A DNA stretch of 64,000 nucleotides from Rebecca billardiae RCC1528 (taxonomy: Eukaryota > Protista > Haptophyta), in assembly GCA_965240325.2 (NCBI GenBank), contig OZ251224.1, positions 992,001-1,056,000 on the forward strand, read 5' to 3'. Position numbers and translations under genes: made by a program. The notes under the pieces are model-generated. The model searched no databases. It had not been told where the DNA came from and saw only the letters and a program-made list of their open reading frames with translations. Position 1 is the stretch's first letter. Each line of letters opens with the position of its first letter. Positions 58,684 to 64,000 of the stretch are shown here, piece by piece.

Positions 58684-60422
58684 ATGACCGCGTTCCGCGG
58701 TCCTTTTCTGCGTAGAACGAACGTACTGTAGTTCAGGGCCCGCGGTGGCGGTGCACCCTCCGTCGCAGTCGTCTATTGACAGACCCGGAGTTGCATGCCC
58801 GTACAACTAGACTCCAGCGGCGCGCCGCCGCCCGCCGCGCCGCGGCCGGGCGGGCCCATCACACTCTTCGCAGCCGCCGGCGCGGCGCCGATTGTGTACA
58901 GGCGGATGCGACGAGGCGTGATCGACGCATGAGCGCGACTCCACGTGCACGCCAGGCCACGCGAAGCTGACAGCCAGGGAGCACGGTGCGGGGCCGCGGA
59001 TTCGTTCGGGCCGCTGCTGCTGACTGACCGCTGTCCCGGGTCACCGCGCACCGGCAGCGCCAGGATAGTTAGATGATTTGCACTGGTCCGAGTAGGGTTC
59101 GACCAGCGCCTGCGCGACGGCCGACAGGCGGGCGCGAGGCGTGATCGACGCATGAGCGCAACTCTACGTGCACGCCAGGCCACGCGGAGCTGACAGCCCG
59201 AGGGAGCACGCAGTGCCGAGGTTCGAGGGCACCGCAGTCACGGATCGTTCGCGCACGCCGCGCGTGCACGGGCTGACACACCTCGATCAGGCTCGGCACG
59301 CGTTGCAGAGGCACAGCCAGCTCTGGGGACGGCACGCACCACCGTCGCCCGCGCAGCTCGTCCTCCTCGTAGAGTACCGTTCAGTTCCGAGGCGTAGCCC
59401 TCGCTCAGAGTCCACCGTCGCCCGCGCAGTTCGTCCTCCTCGTAGAGTACTGTTCAGTTCCGAGGCGTAGCCCTCGCTCAGAGTCGACCGTCGACGATGG
59501 ACTCGGATCGTCGGCGCTCCCCGGCAAGGCATGGCAAGGGCGGCGCGTGGTGAAGTCGAAGACTCAGAGATCGATCAGTCCGGCATCAGGCGGCGCCGCT
59601 GCCCCCGAGCTTGCGAGAGCCCGAATACAGATTACAGGGCGGCTGCCGCGGCGCGGCCGGGGCGCCCCGGGCGACGCGCGCGGCCGCGCGCCGAGGGGCC
59701 CGTGAGGCATCGACACGGGGCGGCGGGGGCGCGCGGAGTGAGCGGGGGCACGAACGCGATGTCGACGGCAGTCGGGACCCGCCACAGCCGCGCGCTCCAG
59801 GCGCAACTCGCCGCGCGCACCTGCCCATCGCCGTCCTCACCCGTCGGTCGCTCGTGCGGCTCGCCCCGGCGGCTCTCGCGGAGAGTGCGCAGCAACCATG
59901 AACCAAGGTTTGGCTTTGCTGGGCAGCCGTCCGGTCCAGACTCGTGTCAGATCGTATTGAGATACGCCGAAGTTGGCGCATCGGCTACTGACCCTTGCCC
60001 TGTTGGCTCCTGATACAGACACGGCGCGATTGAATAGTTGATTCAACTGATTCAAGGGACGTACATGGTCACATCGGTTCGCGGCAATCTCTATCTAGAT
60101 ACGTCATCGCTCCTTGGACCTTGCTGCAATCTCATTGGCCGGGAAAAATCGCTTGTAACGGTTCGTTACGTTAGGGATCCTAAAGGGCGTGAAGTTTTTT
60201 GGACGGGCGCCACTCCACGCTTTACTATGAACTTGTCGTGGGCGCGACCTTTTTCGGCCGTGATGCGTGTTAGAGAGGGTCTCAAAATTCGAAACTCGGT
60301 CTCCTCCAGCCATGAAAATCGTCCCCCGTCCCTTTTTTCTTGATCAAAGATCTTTTTGAAACGTGGTTAGGGCCCACGGAGCGGGCTCCACGCTGCGCGC
60401 TCCGCCCTGCACCGCGGGCCAT
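58684..60422 (-). mobile_element. Family B Helentron-like element, copy 2, with 73-bp tandem duplication at 59339-59484
   Basis: Same termini atgaccgcgttccgcggtcc... / ...ctgcaccgcgggccat as 28352-30510. Confidence 0.7.
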
Positions 60423-60935
60423 AATATGCATCATCACATCATCATTTTTTAAATTTTAATTCTAAGCGGGCGGCATGTTGCCACAGGCACAAGCCACCGT
60501 ACAACGGTGCAGTGAGTTAGGCTGCTGAGAGTGGCACTACGGTATAAGACTGTTAGTGTTAGAGTAAGAGTAACTAGCGGATCGACGGTTAATTGAATGT
60601 ATCATACCATGAGCCTTTGAACTACTCGGGCAAAGGAACCAGGCATGCCTTTAAGTTTAGATTCCTTTCACCTTTATTATATTGCGGATCGTTATACATC
60701 ATACAGATTACAGAGTCAGACAGTGCGCCACTGCCTAAGTGGTGCCGTACGGACGCGGCATGTGATGTGATGTAACTATTTAGACTTGCATTCAGTGCTT
60801 ACAAGTGCTGGCATCACCGGAGCCAGTGCGCGCCGTGCCGACTCCGTGATTGGTTCTGGTTTCTGACGCTTTCTGACGTCTGACTCAGCCGCCTCGAGCG
60901 ACCTCGTCTTTCTCTCGGCCTCAGCCTGGCAATTA

Positions 60936-61050
60936 CAGTTTACTATGATTTAACGTGCACACTTGGTTAAGGCGTGATTAACGCCACAGTTTACTAAGAA
61001 TAAGAGACGCACACAGCTCAGGCAGGTACAGTTTATTTGTTTTAACGTGC
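60936..61050 (+). mobile_element. Tandem array of three CAGTTT-initiated transposon-end fragments
   Basis: cagtttactatg.. (60936), cagtttactaag.. (60987), cagtttatttg.. (61029). Confidence 0.6.
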
Positions 61051-61349
61051 GTAAGGCTCACGGTGGCAGGTTGCCGCGCCATCCTTCATCGCACGCTCTC
61101 CATACACGACGCAGTTGTTCTTCCGTCTGATTCGGATTTGCGCGCTTTTTTGAGCCAGTTTCCGGTGAAAGCTGCAAGGGCCTCGGCTGGACGGCCGTCC
61201 GGCCGCAGCGCTGGCGCAGCAGCTCTCAGCAGGACCAAAGGCGCGAGCCCCGCCGGCGCGGCCGCGCGGGCTGAGGATGCGGCGAGAGTCTCGAAGGTTC
61301 GCGCCGCTGGCGTAATCTAGCCGCGGCTGGGCGCGACTCGCTGTCGATC

Positions 61350-62276
61350 ATGACGCCGACCCACGCGCTCGCGCTGACGGTGCTCGCGGGCGCACTCTCG
61401 ACATGCGGCGCGTTCGCGCCGGCCTTGGCGCCAACCGCAAGCCGAGTGCGCGCAACCGCGCTCGGTGGGCGGCCGTCGCTGCTCGTGATGAACGAAGACG
61501 GTGGGCTCAAGTTTAACAAGGCACCGGAGGGCTCGGAGGATGCGCCTGTGCTCGACCAGACTGCGGCGGAGGTGGCGGCGCGCGAGGGCGTGGGGATTGG
61601 CAAGGTGAGCGATGGCGGCGCGTCCGGCTCGACCACAGCCTCGTCGGCGGAGCTCGAGCTCGAGCTTCGCCCGGTCGAGGAGCTCTCGGAGCAGGAGCGG
61701 AAAGACCGCGCGCGCATGCTTGCCATCAAGAAGTACGCACCGTGGATGGCGGACATGGCGACGCCCGAGGCGATCGCGGCGCGCGAGGCGTCGGAGAGGG
61801 AGCGCAAGGCGAACAAGGCCGACAAGCTCGTGGGCAACCGCATCGATCCGGCGAAGCAGGAGGTGTCGGGCGCCGGGCTGAAGGCGCAGGTGAGCATGAA
61901 CGAGGTGGGCGGCGACGTGTCGCTCGCCTGGTACATCGGCTCGGAGGAGGACAACCTCGGGTTCATCGTGCAGCGCAAAGCGGCGGGCGAGCCCGACTTC
62001 AGCCCGCTGTCTAGCTACGAGACGGACGCCTCGCTCCGCTCGAAGGGCCCGAGCGGCGGCTCGTACACGTACGTGGACGCAAACGTTCCACCGGGCAGCT
62101 ACCTGTACAAGGTGCAGGATGTGGCGGAGCGCACCAAGTTCACCACGGACGTGTGCCAGCGCGGGGTGGATATCCTCTCGAAGGAGGAGCAGTCGAGCAA
62201 CCTCACGCTGCTCGCTGGTTTTGGCGTCGTGATGGCAGGGCTCTTCGCCGCGGGCCTGCTGCTTGACCCGCAGTGA
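61350..62276 (+). CDS. Plastid-targeted protein with FN3/Ig-like domain and C-terminal TM
   Basis: Leader ..STCGA-FAP. VSLAWYIGSEEDNLGFIVQRK...GGSYTYVDANVPPGSYLYKV resembles FN3-like domains. TM followed by LLLDPQ. Confidence 0.7.
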   Translation: MTPTHALALTVLAGALSTCGAFAPALAPTASRVRATALGGRPSLLVMNEDGGLKFNKAPEGSEDAPVLDQTAAEVAAREGVGIGKVSDGGASGSTTASSAELELELRPVEELSEQERKDRARMLAIKKYAPWMADMATPEAIAAREASERERKANKADKLVGNRIDPAKQEVSGAGLKAQVSMNEVGGDVSLAWYIGSEEDNLGFIVQRKAAGEPDFSPLSSYETDASLRSKGPSGGSYTYVDANVPPGSYLYKVQDVAERTKFTTDVCQRGVDILSKEEQSSNLTLLAGFGVVMAGLFAAGLLLDPQ

Positions 62277-62943
62277 GCGCCCTGCCTTCGTGCTGCTCGC
62301 TCGCATCGGCCGTGCCCCGCAGCCGTCGGTGCCCACTCGATCCCGTGTACGCACGCTTGTGCAGTATCTGCCTCGACGAGCTCTCCCGCGACAGGCTTGC
62401 GTGCTCGCCGATCGCTCATGAGTCCTGAGCTCGTGCTAGCTCCACCTGTGGTGAGCGGCGGCGCCGTGCGTTCGGCGCGGCCGCGGATCGCCGATCGGGC
62501 CACGCGGCGGACGCGCGCTTCGGCTGGCCGATCACCCTGACAGAGGGCCGTGGCTATGGCATCCCTGTCAATGGTTCAGACCACGGTAGTAGCCATGTAC
62601 CGCGCACTCAGGTTTACCACCCAGTCCCCGATCGTGCTCCAGATTGGCGGCCAAGCTTCCCGATTGTTGATTGAGGCCAAACTTTTTGACGGTGGGCGGC
62701 TGAGAGGGTGAGAGGAGAATCGGTGTTGACGTGGATGACAGTCAACCGATACAGTTTACTAAGAATAAGAGACGCACACAGCTCAGGCAGGCGAGATTGA
62801 CGCCAGTAGTAGTACAGTACTACCTAACTGAGTACCTAGACTGTACCACTGGGGGTATGAACGTGTAGGTCAACGTCAAAGTCCCGGCCAAAAGCACGGC
62901 CAAATTCAAATCCCGAGCGGAATTTGCGTGCATAACTGTCGCC

Positions 62944-64000
62944 ATGGGGGACAAGGAAGCGATCGTCGAGCGGCTGAGCGGGGTCGTCATAGGCGACCTC
63001 TCGGGCTCCGACTGCAACGAGATCGCCGCGGCGATCGGGCGGCTGAGCGGCGAGAAGCCTCCCACCAAGATCGGCCAGAAGCGCGTGTACATCGAGGACT
63101 GGTTCAACACCAACAAGGCGGCGTTTGCGCCGGTCGGCGGTGGCGGTGGCCGAGCGAGCAATGCGGCGCCACCAGCAGGCGGGGGTGGGCAGCTCTCGCC
63201 GAGCCGAGCGCCCCCGCCGCCACCCGTGGCTGCCCCCATCGGCAACGGCGCGCCTCCGCCCGGCGGCTCGAACGTCGCCAACACGCCGCCGCGCATGGGT
63301 GGCGGGCACCCACCGTCGGTCGGCGCGAGCTTCGACGCGCCCGCTGGCATGGGCGCGCCCGGCGGCGGCGGGGGCTCGCAGCTGCCCCCTCTCGAGTCGG
63401 TCGACACGATCCTCCGCGCGATCGCCCAGTTCCGCGGCGGCGAGATCCCGATGGTCGACGTGCACACGATCGCGTCCGCCATCCAGCGGTTTGACCACAC
63501 GCGCCCGCCCGGCTCGATCGCGCAGAAGCGCGTCTACATCGACGACTTCTTCCAGGCGAAGACGGGCGGGCAGTTCGAGCTGGGTGGCGGCGGCGGCGGC
63601 GGCGGTGGCGGTGCGGGCGTCGCCCTCGGCCTCGCGCCCGCCGCGCCCTCGCCCGCGCGGCCGGGCAGCGCGGCGCCGGTGGGCGCGGCTCCCGACCTCT
63701 CAAACGGCGAGGCGCTGCTGGGCGCTGTGCACGCGCGCATCGTGCAGGGCGGCGGGTGGATCGCGACGATGGACGAGGCGATCCCGCTGGCGCGCGCGGT
63801 GTACAACTTCACGAACATGCCGACCGACGGCTCCGACCCGCAGACGTACGTCGCGGACTGGTACAACTGGGTGCGGCACACCTCGCAGCCGCTGCCGCCG
63901 CCGGCCGTGCCGCCGCACGACGACTCAGCGCAGCTCGCGCTCGACGCGGCCGGCGGCGGCGCCGAGTCGGACTCGCTGCGCCGCGAGATCGCCGAGCTGA
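62944..64000 (+). CDS. Hypothetical protein with repeated helical modules and Gly/Pro linkers (runs off window)
   Basis: Open frame from ATG 62944 (MGDKEAIVERLSG...) to the window end, absent from the ORF track. Repeats IGQKRVYIEDWF, IAQKRVYIDDFF and DPQTYVADWYNW. Confidence 0.7.
   Translation, partial: MGDKEAIVERLSGVVIGDLSGSDCNEIAAAIGRLSGEKPPTKIGQKRVYIEDWFNTNKAAFAPVGGGGGRASNAAPPAGGGGQLSPSRAPPPPPVAAPIGNGAPPPGGSNVANTPPRMGGGHPPSVGASFDAPAGMGAPGGGGGSQLPPLESVDTILRAIAQFRGGEIPMVDVHTIASAIQRFDHTRPPGSIAQKRVYIDDFFQAKTGGQFELGGGGGGGGGGAGVALGLAPAAPSPARPGSAAPVGAAPDLSNGEALLGAVHARIVQGGGWIATMDEAIPLARAVYNFTNMPTDGSDPQTYVADWYNWVRHTSQPLPPPAVPPHDDSAQLALDAAGGGAESDSLRREIAEL

Overview
A very GC-rich eukaryotic nuclear window with short GC-rich spliceosomal introns (GT-AG, plus GC-AG in one gene pair). 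Several proteins have bipartite signal+transit leaders, which points to an alga with a secondary red plastid. A haptophyte (Pavlovophyceae-like) is my inference, not a database result. There are about 20 protein genes: GT47 exostosin-like, FBXO7/PI31-like, EF-hand DUF4239-like, IQCH, bestrophin, membrane-anchored multi-repeat subtilase, METTL21-like methyltransferase, GH1 beta-glucosidase, two tandem LRR-TRP channel paralogues, TIC110, MED20, petJ, a VHL-domain protein, an alpha/beta hydrolase, a small basic protein, enolase, a lipoyl-KGD4/MRPS36 fusion, a plastid FN3-like protein and a truncated repeat ORF. Intergenic DNA holds two Helentron-like non-autonomous families (4 and 2 copies), a 1.1-kb foldback element with 397-bp TIRs and a 7-bp TSD, a 109-bp MITE with a 9-bp TSD, and clusters of orphan CAGTTT transposon-end fragments. 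The best candidates for novelty are the lipoyl-KGD4 fusion, the LRR-TRP pair whose divergence sits in the channel region, and the arrays of transposon-end fragments. All family calls come from motif recognition by eye.
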